This document shows positions 9,902-19,864 of a DNA stretch of 64,000 bases, piece by piece. The notes under the pieces were generated by a model. It made no database searches and was not told the origin of the DNA. It worked only from the letters and a program-made list of their open reading frames with translations. Origin of the DNA: an uncultured bacterium (GTDB lineage: Bacteria > Cyanobacteriota > Vampirovibrionia > Gastranaerophilales > JAILCC01); contig CASDUJ010000008.1 of NCBI GenBank assembly GCA_949283935.1, positions 10,957-74,956 on the forward strand. Reading direction: 5' to 3'. How positions within the stretch are numbered: the stretch's first letter is position 1; the number at the start of each line of letters is the position of its first letter. The translations under genes and the position numbers were made by a program.

Positions 9902-10177
9902 ATGGGAAAAAAGCATGAATTAATTAGAGAAGTTTTTATAAAAAACAATACAAATTTTTATGATAATGTTGTTTTGTTCACTAAAGGATTTAAAGCTGTT
10001 GGAGAATTTTATAACGATCACAATGTGGAAGGAGTGATTGCCCTCAAAAATGCTAAAATTCATTTTTATGCTTCAAATTGTGAATGCGAAACAAATCCTT
10101 CAACACAAGTTATTCCTTGGCTAAATGTTTTTGCAAAAGATGTAATTGCTTTTAGTTTTGTTGAAAAATCTAATTAA
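9902..10177 (+). CDS. Small hypothetical protein, beta-rich
   Basis: AAGGAG RBS and a 91-aa ORF. Confidence 0.7.
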   Translation: MGKKHELIREVFIKNNTNFYDNVVLFTKGFKAVGEFYNDHNVEGVIALKNAKIHFYASNCECETNPSTQVIPWLNVFAKDVIAFSFVEKSN

Positions 10178-10640
10178 AATTTTTTTCTTCAATAAAAAGT
10201 AGTTTCTTTTTTAATTTTAATCCACCTGCGTATCCTGTTAATGTTCCATTTGTACCTATAACTCTGTGACATGGAATAATTATTGCTATGGGATTTTTGT
10301 TATTTGCACCGCCTATTGCTCTTGCAGCTTTGCTATTTCCTATTTTAATAGCTATATCTTTGTATGAACAAGTTTTCCCGTAAGGAATTTTCATAATTGC
10401 TTGCCATACACGTTCTTGAAATTTTGTTCCTTGGGGCTTTATTGGTATAGAAAATTTTTTTCTTTTACCAACAAAATATTCTTCCAGTTCTTCTTTTGCT
10501 TTTTTTATTAATGGCGTTTCCCTTAAAATAGAATTTAATGAAATTTTTGTTTCTGAAAAAGTAATTTTTGTTATGTATCCTTTTTCTTCAGCAACTAATA
10601 TTTTCCCTATCGAAAATTTGTATACAAAATAATTTTCCAT
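10170..10640 (-). CDS. ogt: Methylated-DNA--protein-cysteine methyltransferase
   Basis: GTKFQ..VW, IPYG, ARAIGGA and the PCHRV active site. Confidence 0.95.
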   Translation of the reverse strand: MENYFVYKFSIGKILVAEEKGYITKITFSETKISLNSILRETPLIKKAKEELEEYFVGKRKKFSIPIKPQGTKFQERVWQAIMKIPYGKTCSYKDIAIKIGNSKAARAIGGANNKNPIAIIIPCHRVIGTNGTLTGYAGGLKLKKKLLFIEEKNFN

Positions 10641-10687
10641 AAGAAAATTTTAGCATTATTGCCTTTTTGTGTCATTTTTATAAGTGC

Positions 10688-11374
10688 TTAATTTATATAA
10701 TTTGTTTTTTGAATAAAAAGTTTTGCTTCATTTATGGGGACAGCAAATCCAATACCTATATTAGATTTATTGTTGTCAGGATTATAAATTGATTGATTGA
10801 TTCCTATTACTTCTGCATTACTATTAACTAATGGTCCGCCTGAACTTCCGGGATTAATCGCTGCATCCGTTTGAATTTTATTTCGTTCTGTGTCAAATCT
10901 ACTAACAATACCTGTAGTTAATGTGTTGTTGAAACCAAATGGGTTGCCTATTGCTAATACTTTTTGACCAACTTTAATTTCGCTAGAATTGCCGAATTTT
11001 ACTGGTTTTAATGGAACTTGCGTGGATATTTTTACAAGTGCTAAATCATTTCCGCCTCCAATTGAACCTACCACTATCCCTTCTTTTTCTGTTCCATCAT
11101 ATAACTTAATTTTTATGTCTTTTACACCATCTATTACATGCCTGCTTGTCAAAATAAGTCCGTTGGGAGTAACTATACAACCTGTACCACTTGAAAATTC
11201 TTCTTCTGTAATTTTTCCATCTATTGCTACTATACTAGGATTTAATTTTTCGTAAACAGAAATATTTACAAGTTCATCTTGTTCAAAATTTTGTGCATGA
11301 ACTTTTGTTCCAACAAATAAAATCATTGTTAAAAAAAATATAATAATATTTTTGCCAATTAAATTTTTGTACAT
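10688..11374 (-). CDS. Trypsin-like (HtrA/Deg family) serine protease without a PDZ domain, with signal peptide
   Basis: LTSRHV, DLALVK, AIGNPFG and IQTDAAINPGSSGGPL motifs; the protein ends after the protease domain. Confidence 0.9.
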   Translation of the reverse strand: MYKNLIGKNIIIFFLTMILFVGTKVHAQNFEQDELVNISVYEKLNPSIVAIDGKITEEEFSSGTGCIVTPNGLILTSRHVIDGVKDIKIKLYDGTEKEGIVVGSIGGGNDLALVKISTQVPLKPVKFGNSSEIKVGQKVLAIGNPFGFNNTLTTGIVSRFDTERNKIQTDAAINPGSSGGPLVNSNAEVIGINQSIYNPDNNKSNIGIGFAVPINEAKLFIQKTNYIN

Positions 11375-11459
11375 GTAATCACTCCCCATTTTCTCTCTGT
11401 TTTCATTTAAACATTAGTTATAAGAAAATTTATTAGCCAATTGGAGTGATTCGCTTTTT

Positions 11460-11960
11460 TTATTCGGTAATTTTATCTTTGTATATTTTAAATAAAAATT
11501 GATCTTTTCCAAATTGATTAGGACGAGTATATCCATTTGTATCTATAATAATACCTGCACAATAATCTTTGTTCTCATTAGCTTTTCCACAATCATTAGA
11601 ATTGTAATAAAAACCTACATGAGCATTATTTAAAAGTTGAAAACCATAAATGGGTTTGTTTGGTAAATATTTAAAATTTCTGAAATCTTTCTTATCATTG
11701 AAAAGTTTCTTGTATGAAATTTTGTTGGCAAATTTATTGCGAAGTAATTGGGCTTTTTCAGTGTGAGATTTTTCTCCTATCGTTTCAATAAAAAAATCTT
11801 TGTTAAATTCCATTATTGCTTTTATTTCTTTTTCTACCATTATTTTTTGTCTTTCAAAATCTGTATCAAAAGAACGTAATAATAACACCGAAAGAATTGC
11901 AAGTATAATACTTGAAACGGTTATTAAATACCTTTTCTTAATACCTTTTCTTTTGCCCAT
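11460..11960 (-). CDS. Pilin-like membrane-anchored protein
   Basis: N-terminal TM helix; C-terminal C...C..IIIDTNG...PNQFGKDQF motif, which I recall from pilin-like proteins of this lineage. No canonical prepilin FTLxE motif. Confidence 0.55.
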   Translation of the reverse strand: MGKRKGIKKRYLITVSSIILAILSVLLLRSFDTDFERQKIMVEKEIKAIMEFNKDFFIETIGEKSHTEKAQLLRNKFANKISYKKLFNDKKDFRNFKYLPNKPIYGFQLLNNAHVGFYYNSNDCGKANENKDYCAGIIIDTNGYTRPNQFGKDQFLFKIYKDKITE

Positions 11961-11961
11961 T

Positions 11962-14193
11962 TTATTCTTTCGCTAATTTACTGGATAATTCTGATAATAC
12001 TTCTTCCATTTGAACAAATTTTTTGTTTATATTATCAAGTTTCGTGTTAATTGGTTTAGTCGATGTTTCTTTCGTTGTAATTTTGACTGTGAGAATTTTA
12101 TCAATTTTTTCTTCAATTTTATCCAATCGCTTTTGTGTTTCTTCTTCGTATATTTTTAATCTTGCAAAAATATTCGTAACATCGTTGTTTATAGATTTCT
12201 TTAAGCCTTCTATTTCAGTTTCTGTTTTTTCAATTTCTTTTCTTTTGTTTAATAATTCTTCGGAATTCGCTCTTAATTCCTCCAATACCGTTGTTGCATT
12301 ATCTAACCATTCACCTACATATATTAATGCATTTTTTATTGTAGACGCTTCTGCATGTACAGCTTTGGATGATTGATTCCCTTCTGAAATTTTTTCGTTA
12401 ATTTCATTTAAATAATGTGTTAATTCATAAAAAAGTTCGTATAACTTTTCAGGATTCGCTTTGTCAAAAACTTCTTTGAATATTTCAAGATTATTTTTTA
12501 ATTCTATTGTGCTATCTTCATTTGATAAAATTAATTTGTTGGTCCTTAAGCTAATATCATAAACTTGGGCATTTAAATCTTCTATCTTTTGTCTAATATC
12601 GGTTACGCCTTCATCTGCTTCTGTTGTGTTTCCTAATAGCTTGGATACTTGTTCTATTTGTTCCCCAGTTTTTCTAATTTTATCAGATATTTCTTCTACT
12701 ATATCTGAAGATGTTACCGATTTTGAAATATCATTTAATACTAATCTCATTTTGGCTAAATCTGATTGAATATCATCAAAAGAATATACCAAATCTGATG
12801 TGTCTTCTGGTTTTAAATAATCGGTTATACTGTTTTGTGCTTTTTCTATGCCCTCAATTTTATTTAATAAACTTTTAAATTGAAGCATAATATTGTTTAA
12901 TTTTTCAGAATTTTCATTCGTTTTAACTGTAATAGCTGATAAAACATTTTCTATGAAATCTTTTAAATCTTCTGCTTCATCATCAAAAGATAAACTGTTA
13001 AATAAACTTAAAAGTTCAAGATAAAATTCATCATTTAGTGACTTTATTCCATCTTTTATTACATCCGCCGTTGATGATTTTGTTAGTTCTTCCAAATTTT
13101 CATTGTATTCTGCTAACATGTTTTCTATCTTTTCCATATTATCGCTAATAGTATGGTTGGATAAATCTGAATTTGTTTTAAATTCATCAACTAAATCAAA
13201 CAGCCTGTTTACATCAATATTTACTGTGTCTACAATTTTGTCTAAATTATTGTTTATTGTTTCAGATAAATTACTTATTTCTCCGTGCATGTTTTGTATT
13301 TTGTTTTGTAGTTCAATAAATGCACCTTTGTCGTATTCTTTTACAAAATTGTTTATTTCACTGAAATTTTGAGATGTTGCTTCAATAAATGATTTAATAT
13401 CACTACTTGCTAATAATATTGGCGAAACAACGTCTGTTGTTAATTTGTCTATTACTTCCTGAAAATTTTTTAGTTCTGTATATTTTTTGTCTATTATCTT
13501 TATTGCAGAAAGAACCGATGTAATAGCTAAATTAAGATCATCAAATCTTTCTTTAATTTCGTTCATTCCTGTTATATTTTGCTCCTTATTTTGAAAAGGA
13601 GTTTTTGTTATTTCTTTTATCTTTTCTTCTATGGATTTTATGTAATTTTCTATGTTTTGCTGAAAAGAAATATTTGTGCTATTTTGACTGCTAATTAGTG
13701 TTTTTATATCTTCTATTTTTTCTATAGAACTTTCTTTTTCTATAACTGGAATTTGCACATTTGTTTGAGAATTTTTGAAAATTGCAAGTTCATTTGCCAA
13801 ACCCTCTAAAGACTCTTCTATATCTTGTAATTGTTTTTTCAAACCTTCGTCTGCAAAAGTTTCTTTGTTTTCAGATAAATTTGAAATTGCTTTGTTTATT
13901 TTTTCTATTATTTTTTCTAATTCTATTATTTTTATTTTTAAATTATTTTGATTTTCACTTAAATCTTTTTTTATTTCATTAAAAAGCTTCTTTATTTCTT
14001 CTATATTCGGAAAAATAGATGTATCTTGAAACTTTTCTTCTATTGTATTAACTATTTCTGTTTTAAAATTTGGTAATTGATTTTGCTGAAAAGAATGAAT
14101 TAGCGTCGTAATAAGACTTGAAATATTATCAATCTTTGTGTTGTAACTTTCTATTTTTTTGTCTATACTCTCTAATTGTGCTTCTATTTCCAT
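11962..14193 (-). CDS. Large acidic coiled-coil protein
   Basis: ~743-aa heptad-rich ORF with no catalytic motif seen. Confidence 0.8.
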   Translation of the reverse strand: MEIEAQLESIDKKIESYNTKIDNISSLITTLIHSFQQNQLPNFKTEIVNTIEEKFQDTSIFPNIEEIKKLFNEIKKDLSENQNNLKIKIIELEKIIEKINKAISNLSENKETFADEGLKKQLQDIEESLEGLANELAIFKNSQTNVQIPVIEKESSIEKIEDIKTLISSQNSTNISFQQNIENYIKSIEEKIKEITKTPFQNKEQNITGMNEIKERFDDLNLAITSVLSAIKIIDKKYTELKNFQEVIDKLTTDVVSPILLASSDIKSFIEATSQNFSEINNFVKEYDKGAFIELQNKIQNMHGEISNLSETINNNLDKIVDTVNIDVNRLFDLVDEFKTNSDLSNHTISDNMEKIENMLAEYNENLEELTKSSTADVIKDGIKSLNDEFYLELLSLFNSLSFDDEAEDLKDFIENVLSAITVKTNENSEKLNNIMLQFKSLLNKIEGIEKAQNSITDYLKPEDTSDLVYSFDDIQSDLAKMRLVLNDISKSVTSSDIVEEISDKIRKTGEQIEQVSKLLGNTTEADEGVTDIRQKIEDLNAQVYDISLRTNKLILSNEDSTIELKNNLEIFKEVFDKANPEKLYELFYELTHYLNEINEKISEGNQSSKAVHAEASTIKNALIYVGEWLDNATTVLEELRANSEELLNKRKEIEKTETEIEGLKKSINNDVTNIFARLKIYEEETQKRLDKIEEKIDKILTVKITTKETSTKPINTKLDNINKKFVQMEEVLSELSSKLAKE

Positions 14194-14277
14194 TTTTTTT
14201 CTCTGCAAATATCATACATTTCAATTGTATCAAATATTTAAAGTTTTTGTAAGTTTGTAACAAAAGATTAATAAGCA

Positions 14278-14303
14278 AAAAAATACCGGCAAGCCGGTAT
14301 TTT
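14278..14303 (-). terminator. Intrinsic terminator after rpoZ (possibly bidirectional)
   Basis: aaaataccggc-aa-gccggtatttt. Confidence 0.8.
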
Positions 14304-14320
14304 ATAAAGTTTTTTAATAA

Positions 14321-14569
14321 TTATCCAACTAGTTCGCCATCGTTGTGTTCTGTTGCTTTGATAATTATTGCTTGTTGAATTGGTTTCTCTTTTTTTGTAG
14401 ATGAATCAAAAGTAGTTTCGTAATCACCAAAATCATCTATTGGCTTCCTCATTTGTGCTTCATCTATCATTCTTTTTGCTAATTCTGCAATTTGATAAAC
14501 TAATTCATATCTGTTTTGAGTTTGTTCATTTAAATCCCATGCTATTTTTGTTATTTGACTTTGTTCCAT
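14321..14569 (-). CDS. rpoZ: RNA polymerase omega subunit (cyanobacterial type)
   Basis: NRYELVYQIAELAKR ... KPIQQAI pattern. Confidence 0.8.
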   Translation of the reverse strand: MEQSQITKIAWDLNEQTQNRYELVYQIAELAKRMIDEAQMRKPIDDFGDYETTFDSSTKKEKPIQQAIIIKATEHNDGELVG

Positions 14570-14654
14570 TAATTTTCTCCTTTGAGCCTTTATCCTATAA
14601 TACTATAGAAAAAAAAGCAATCAAGATTTTTGGTCAAAAAATTAACAAGTTAAT

Positions 14655-15035
14655 CTATTCCGCTAAAATTTCTTCTGTTTCTTCTTCTGTATTTTCTTTA
14701 GAACTTTGTGTTCGAATAGATTCTGCTTTATGTTTACCTTTTATTGTTTTTTCTTTGTATTTTTGTACTTGTCTGTTTAGTTTGTCTGCAAGTAAATCAA
14801 TACTTGCATACATTGATTCTGCTTTCTCTTCTATATGTATTCTTGCTCCAGCTATATTACATTTAGCTTCTGCTATATGGCTGTCTGCTACACTGGGGTT
14901 TTTTATAACTGTTAATATAACCTCAAAATCTATCATTTGATCGTAATGTTCTATTACTTTACTCATTTTTTCTTTTACATAAGCTTTGATTGCGGGGGTA
15001 ATTTCAATATTTCTGCCATTTACAATAATTTGCAT
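14655..15035 (-). CDS. hpf: Ribosome hibernation promoting factor (RaiA/HPF, short form)
   Basis: MQIIVNGRNIEITPAIKAYV...MYASIDLLADKLNRQ..KYKEK; AAGGAG RBS. Confidence 0.92.
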   Translation of the reverse strand: MQIIVNGRNIEITPAIKAYVKEKMSKVIEHYDQMIDFEVILTVIKNPSVADSHIAEAKCNIAGARIHIEEKAESMYASIDLLADKLNRQVQKYKEKTIKGKHKAESIRTQSSKENTEEETEEILAE

Positions 15036-15185
15036 ATATAAATCTCCTTTGAAGACTGACAAAGTTCATTATAACTCATGTTTACTTTTTTTTAAAGAGT
15101 TATTTTCTCCTTTCCTTTGTCTTGTTGTTTTATCCATTTGAATAAGATATTTTTTTTTGTTAAAATTTTAATAAAAGAGGAAATT

Positions 15186-16133
15186 ATGAGAAAAAAAACA
15201 ACTTATATTGTACTTGATGTTGAAACAACAGGTTTAGATGTTTATAAAGAAAGAATGATTGAATTTGCTGCCGTTAAACTCGTTGGAGATAAAATTGTAG
15301 ATAGCTTCGAAACATTAATAAATCCTGAACAACCTATTAGATATTCAAGTTATTTAATTCATAATATCTCCCAAGAAATGGTTGCAGATGCTCCAAAACT
15401 TCCAGAAATTCTACCCAAAATATTAGATTTTATTGGGGACAATCCAATTGTAGCTCATAATGTCGTTTTTGATTATAATTTTCTGAATCACGCATCTAAA
15501 ATGCTTTACGATAAAGAAATAAAAAATAGAACAATTGATTCTCAAGCTTTGTATAAAGAAGTTTTTCCAGATGAATTATCTCATGGGTTGGAGTCTTTGA
15601 TGAATAGAATGAATGTAGAGTATTCTGTTAGACATAGAGCTATGGCTGATGCCGTTGGGTTGGCTAAATCTTTTCCAAAACTTATGAAACTTTATGAACA
15701 AAGATTTAACTGGCAATTATCTCAATGTGATAAAGTTCCTTATTTATTTGAAAGATATTTAAGAATTCAAAGTGCTATCCAAGTTATGCAATCAGAATTA
15801 ATGGATTTGAAATCTGTTTTTAAAGTGTATTTTGAAAATGGTGGCGAAGATGTAGTAGCTTCTACAGGAGAAACTCTTGTTTATACTTCTAAAACCGGTT
15901 ATACTTACGACTTTGACAAAATTAGACCTTGTATTGATGATATTGCTGGAATAAGTAAAGCTGTAAAATTAAATTCAGGTTTAATTGATAGAATGATTAG
16001 CGGAAAATCTTTGGAAAATGATATAAAAGAAAAATTAAAAGAAGCAAGAACTGGTTTTTCTGAAAATAGAATTGTAAATGTCATAAAACCTTCTAAAACC
16101 AACTGCGAAAAAGAAGAACATTTTATCAAATGA
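15186..16133 (+). CDS. DnaQ-like DEDDh 3'-5' exonuclease with a C-terminal extension
   Basis: VLDVETTGL, VAHNVVFD and HRAMADA motifs. Confidence 0.9.
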   Translation: MRKKTTYIVLDVETTGLDVYKERMIEFAAVKLVGDKIVDSFETLINPEQPIRYSSYLIHNISQEMVADAPKLPEILPKILDFIGDNPIVAHNVVFDYNFLNHASKMLYDKEIKNRTIDSQALYKEVFPDELSHGLESLMNRMNVEYSVRHRAMADAVGLAKSFPKLMKLYEQRFNWQLSQCDKVPYLFERYLRIQSAIQVMQSELMDLKSVFKVYFENGGEDVVASTGETLVYTSKTGYTYDFDKIRPCIDDIAGISKAVKLNSGLIDRMISGKSLENDIKEKLKEARTGFSENRIVNVIKPSKTNCEKEEHFIK

Positions 16134-16669
16134 GAATTACTGCAGGAAAATACAAAAATAAACAAATAAAAACTATTGAATCTAAATTAATTAGACCTAC
16201 TCTTTCTAAAATAAGAGAAAGTATTTTTAATGTTCTCCAAAAAAATATTCAAGATTCTTGTTTTCTTGATTTGTTTGCAGGAAGCGGTATTGTAGGCATA
16301 GAAGCAGCCTCCAGAGGAGCTAAAGAAGTATTTTTTGTTGAAAAAAATCTTTCTCATTTTAAACTTTTAAAAAATAACCTTAAAACTTTTGATTTTGAAT
16401 ACAAAATTTTTTTGGGCGATAGCATTAATATACTTGAACATTTTAATGAAAAAAGCTTCGATATTATTTTTTCTGATCCCCCATATAAATCCTTTTTGAA
16501 CAAAAAAATAATTGAAATAATTTCAAGAAAACAATTATTAAAAGACAATGGTTTCATTATTATTGAATGTAGTAAAGAAGAAAATTATGCGACAGATTTA
16601 TCTAAATATAATTTTCAAATTATTAAAGAAAAAAAATATGGAGATACTAATATTTTATATATAAAATAA
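16130..16669 (+). CDS. rsmD: 16S rRNA m2G966 methyltransferase
   Basis: MRITAG, RPT...RESIFN, LDLFAGSG and DPPY motifs. Confidence 0.95.
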   Translation: MRITAGKYKNKQIKTIESKLIRPTLSKIRESIFNVLQKNIQDSCFLDLFAGSGIVGIEAASRGAKEVFFVEKNLSHFKLLKNNLKTFDFEYKIFLGDSINILEHFNEKSFDIIFSDPPYKSFLNKKIIEIISRKQLLKDNGFIIIECSKEENYATDLSKYNFQIIKEKKYGDTNILYIK

Positions 16670-16676
16670 ATCTCTT

Positions 16677-16869
16677 GGTCTATTTCCTTTTGTCTTTTCG
16701 GATGATGAAAACAAGTTTAAAATAAGACAACATGAACATGAACCCAATGGTCACATTGTTTTTATATAAGTATGCCCAAGGCTTGCAGGGAGGGGTTCTT
16801 TTTGTTTACCTTTTCAGGGGTAAGATCGGTAAGAGAAAGGAATGACCGGTGGCTATATGACCGGTCATT
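16677..16869 (+). ncRNA. Structured non-coding RNA candidate (6S-like rod) ending in a terminator
   Basis: 5' ggtc-att-ccttt-tcttttcgg pairs with 3' tcggtaagagaaaggaatgacc; inner gaaccc/gggttc helix; terminal hairpin aatgaccggt/accggtcatt plus a T-rich tail; GC-richer than the flanks. Confidence 0.6.
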
Positions 16870-16964
16870 TGTTTTGTTCTTTACAAAATTAATATTATTA
16901 ATGGATAAAAAAATTAAAGTATAATGTAATAATATTAGTTAGAATTATGAAATTTGGCGGTTTT

Positions 16965-17807
16965 ATGAAAAAATTTTTTATTTTCTTTTCTCTTCTTGTT
17001 TTTGTTCTTTTTGCTACTAAAATATTTGCTGTTGAAGAAAAAAAGAGTATTGCTGTTTTTCCTTTAGATACACCTGTAAATTCATCTAGTTATTCTATTT
17101 ATTCTAATTCGGCAAATATGTTTGCTTCTGATTTAGTTAATTCTTTGCAAAAATATAATGATATGAATGTCGTTGATATTTCTACCGGCGAAAATATTTT
17201 AAAATCTACTGATTTGTTTTCTTTGTATCAAAAAATTGTTAAAGAATACAAACAAAAATACACTATAAATTATGAAAAAGCAGATAAAATTTCTCAAGCT
17301 TTAAATGTCGATTATATTGCTTTTGTTTATGGAGGTTTTGATACTCAAAAATCTTTTTTGAAATCTAATTGGAAATATAGATTCCAATGGATTTGGGCCA
17401 ATCCTGTAACTCCTTCTGCTCAATTAAACATTAATATTACTTTAATTGATGTAAAAAATCATAATTATGTTTTAGAAGAAAATGTAAAAAAAGATATGTC
17501 CATGGATAATTTTTTCAATCCTTCACAAAATTTTGGAGAAAATATTGTTCCTATTTCTCAAATAAAAAAATTTACAAAACCTAATGCACAAAAAATTGCT
17601 CAAAAAATTCATTCTGTAATTTATCCAGATATAAATGCTAAATATTCTCAAAAAGATGCTTTTATTGAACGTTTTACTCCTAATGGAAGTTTTGATAATT
17701 TTGGAAGTTCAAATGATTTTTCTTCTACTGACAGTTCTTCTTTAGATAATTCTGTTAAAAATTCAAGAAAAAATTTTTATAAAAATTGGATTCAAGAAAA
17801 ACTTTAG
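16965..17807 (+). CDS. Exported hypothetical protein (possible CsgG/TolB-N-like fold)
   Basis: Signal peptide MKKFFIFFSLLVFVLFATKIFA; SIAVFPL...ISQALNVDYI pattern. Confidence 0.65.
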   Translation: MKKFFIFFSLLVFVLFATKIFAVEEKKSIAVFPLDTPVNSSSYSIYSNSANMFASDLVNSLQKYNDMNVVDISTGENILKSTDLFSLYQKIVKEYKQKYTINYEKADKISQALNVDYIAFVYGGFDTQKSFLKSNWKYRFQWIWANPVTPSAQLNINITLIDVKNHNYVLEENVKKDMSMDNFFNPSQNFGENIVPISQIKKFTKPNAQKIAQKIHSVIYPDINAKYSQKDAFIERFTPNGSFDNFGSSNDFSSTDSSSLDNSVKNSRKNFYKNWIQEKL

Positions 17808-18472
17808 TTTTCTTTTTGAGGAGATGGAGAATATTTTTCAAAAGAAACTATTTCTTCGAAAGTTTTCCTTGTTTTAATTGGTTCAATATTATCTTCTTTT
17901 GGATATCCCAAAAGTAGTAATGCAACCAAATTAAATTCTTTTGGTAATTCTAATTCCATTTTTGTAACGGCATAAACGTCTTGCAATATTTGAGTGTATT
18001 CATTTCCTATACCTCCAATTATGCAGGTTTCTATCCCCTTTTCTTGTGCTGCTAATGTCATGTATGATATTGCGTATGTTACTTCTTCTATTCCTCTTAT
18101 TTTGACTGCCTCTTGACTTTGAGAAGCTGGATTAAGAGCTTTATTATTTAAAAAATATTGTAGTTTTTCTTGGGTCATTCCGGGTCTTTTTTCCAAATTT
18201 TCTCTATATTTTTCGTATTCAAATATCCTTAAATCTGCACAACAAGCTATTATAACAGGTGCATCTAAAACATGTTGTTGACATCCTGAAAGATTGTATA
18301 AAAGATTTTTTTTGCTTTCTTCTTTTATTACTATAAAATGCCAAGGTTGCAAATTTAAAAAAGAAGGTGCTAATCTTCCCGCTTCTATTATATCTCTTAT
18401 ATCTTCAAAAGAAGGCATTTTTTTATCAAAATTTCTTAGAGAATATCTTTTTTTTATTAAATCTATTAGCAT
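17804..18472 (-). CDS. Nitroreductase family protein
   Basis: KRYSLRNF, APSFLNLQPWHF and LLLGYP motifs. Confidence 0.92.
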   Translation of the reverse strand: MLIDLIKKRYSLRNFDKKMPSFEDIRDIIEAGRLAPSFLNLQPWHFIVIKEESKKNLLYNLSGCQQHVLDAPVIIACCADLRIFEYEKYRENLEKRPGMTQEKLQYFLNNKALNPASQSQEAVKIRGIEEVTYAISYMTLAAQEKGIETCIIGGIGNEYTQILQDVYAVTKMELELPKEFNLVALLLLGYPKEDNIEPIKTRKTFEEIVSFEKYSPSPQKEN

Positions 18473-18480
18473 TTTTCCTC

Positions 18481-19809
18481 CTATTGAGATTTTGTTAAAA
18501 TTAATGTTGCATCAGCTTCTCCGCAATAATATAAATCATAAGAAATTGTCATGTGCGCATTTTTTAATTGGGGAATAATACTTTTTAAATATTTATATTT
18601 TTTTGTTGTGATATTGTCTGTGTGAGCTATTATTTCAGAATTATTTTTTCTCGTTATTTTTTCACATACTATTTCCATGTTGTTTTCTTTTAATTTTTCT
18701 TTTATTTCTTCTAAATTATTTATTGTTTCTTCATTGTACAAAATACTTATTTTTAAAGGTTCGTGTGCGGGATTATTTTTTTCTATTCTGTATATTAATT
18801 TATCTATTATACTTTGTACTCTGTCTGGTTCTAATATCCAGTAACTTATTATTGTGTTTTGAGAAGGATGACCCGGAAGAGTTGCTACTAATACGTCTTC
18901 TACATTTAAACTTTTTACAATTCCTGCAAATCTTGTCATATCAAATATTGTCATATCTGTTTTAACATAATTATTTGCAACAGATATTATTTCTGGTATT
19001 TTTGAAATATTTTCGGGAGATTGAATTTTACTTACAATTCCTTTCATTAAAATCCTTTGTCTTTCTACTCTACCTATATCTCCTATTGCATCATGTCTAA
19101 ATCTTACGAATTGTTCTACTTGTTCCGCATTTAATTCTTGTTTACCTGAATCTATTTTTATAAATAAGTTTCCTGCATAGTCTTTATATCTTAATTTTTT
19201 TTCTACATTTACTGGTATTGTTCCTAGTATTTTTATTATTTCTTTTAATCCTTCATAATTAATTAAAATAAAATGATCTACTTTTACTCCAAACATATCT
19301 TGAACTGTTTTTATAGTTAAATCAGTTCCTCCTATTGCATGTGCTGCATTTATTTTATCTATTCCATGTCCTTCAATATAAACTTTACTATCTCTTGGAA
19401 TAGAAATAACATTAACAGATTTTGATGTATTATCTATACTAACTAACATCATTGTATCTGTTCTTGTATTTTCAAAAGGATCTGAGTCCGGTCCATTTGA
19501 ATCTACTCCCAACAACAAAATATTTTCTCTCTTTTTAAATAAATCAAAATTCCCTTTTTGATCAACTTGTGTTTCACTATTTTTTAATGTTTTTCCTATT
19601 TTAGTTTCATTTATTTTTTCCAAAGGAACAAAAACAACAAGAGCAATTAAAAGAAAACTCAAAAGAACAGAAACAATAACAAGCTTCATCAAAAAGTTAT
19701 CTCCATTTACTTTTTTTGTGTTTTTTTCGAAATAACTTTCTTCTTCTCCAAAAAAATTATCTCCATTTATGTCTATAACTTTTATTTCTTCCTTATTATT
19801 ATCTGACAT
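18481..19809 (-). CDS. LytR-CpsA-Psr (LCP) family protein
   Basis: TM helix, then NILLLGVD, RTDTMM, SIPRDS, KINAAH and RFRHDAIGDIGRVERQ. Confidence 0.95.
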   Translation of the reverse strand: MSDNNKEEIKVIDINGDNFFGEEESYFEKNTKKVNGDNFLMKLVIVSVLLSFLLIALVVFVPLEKINETKIGKTLKNSETQVDQKGNFDLFKKRENILLLGVDSNGPDSDPFENTRTDTMMLVSIDNTSKSVNVISIPRDSKVYIEGHGIDKINAAHAIGGTDLTIKTVQDMFGVKVDHFILINYEGLKEIIKILGTIPVNVEKKLRYKDYAGNLFIKIDSGKQELNAEQVEQFVRFRHDAIGDIGRVERQRILMKGIVSKIQSPENISKIPEIISVANNYVKTDMTIFDMTRFAGIVKSLNVEDVLVATLPGHPSQNTIISYWILEPDRVQSIIDKLIYRIEKNNPAHEPLKISILYNEETINNLEEIKEKLKENNMEIVCEKITRKNNSEIIAHTDNITTKKYKYLKSIIPQLKNAHMTISYDLYYCGEADATLILTKSQ

Positions 19810-19864
19810 ATTTTAAAAATCTCTTTTAAAAACTCTACTCCTTAATATTTTATCTCAAAAGGCA

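Noticed and set aside
16840-16860. T-box riboswitch (GGTGG)
   Set aside because: The UGGNACC bulge and Stem I motifs are missing, and the downstream gene is not amino-acid related.
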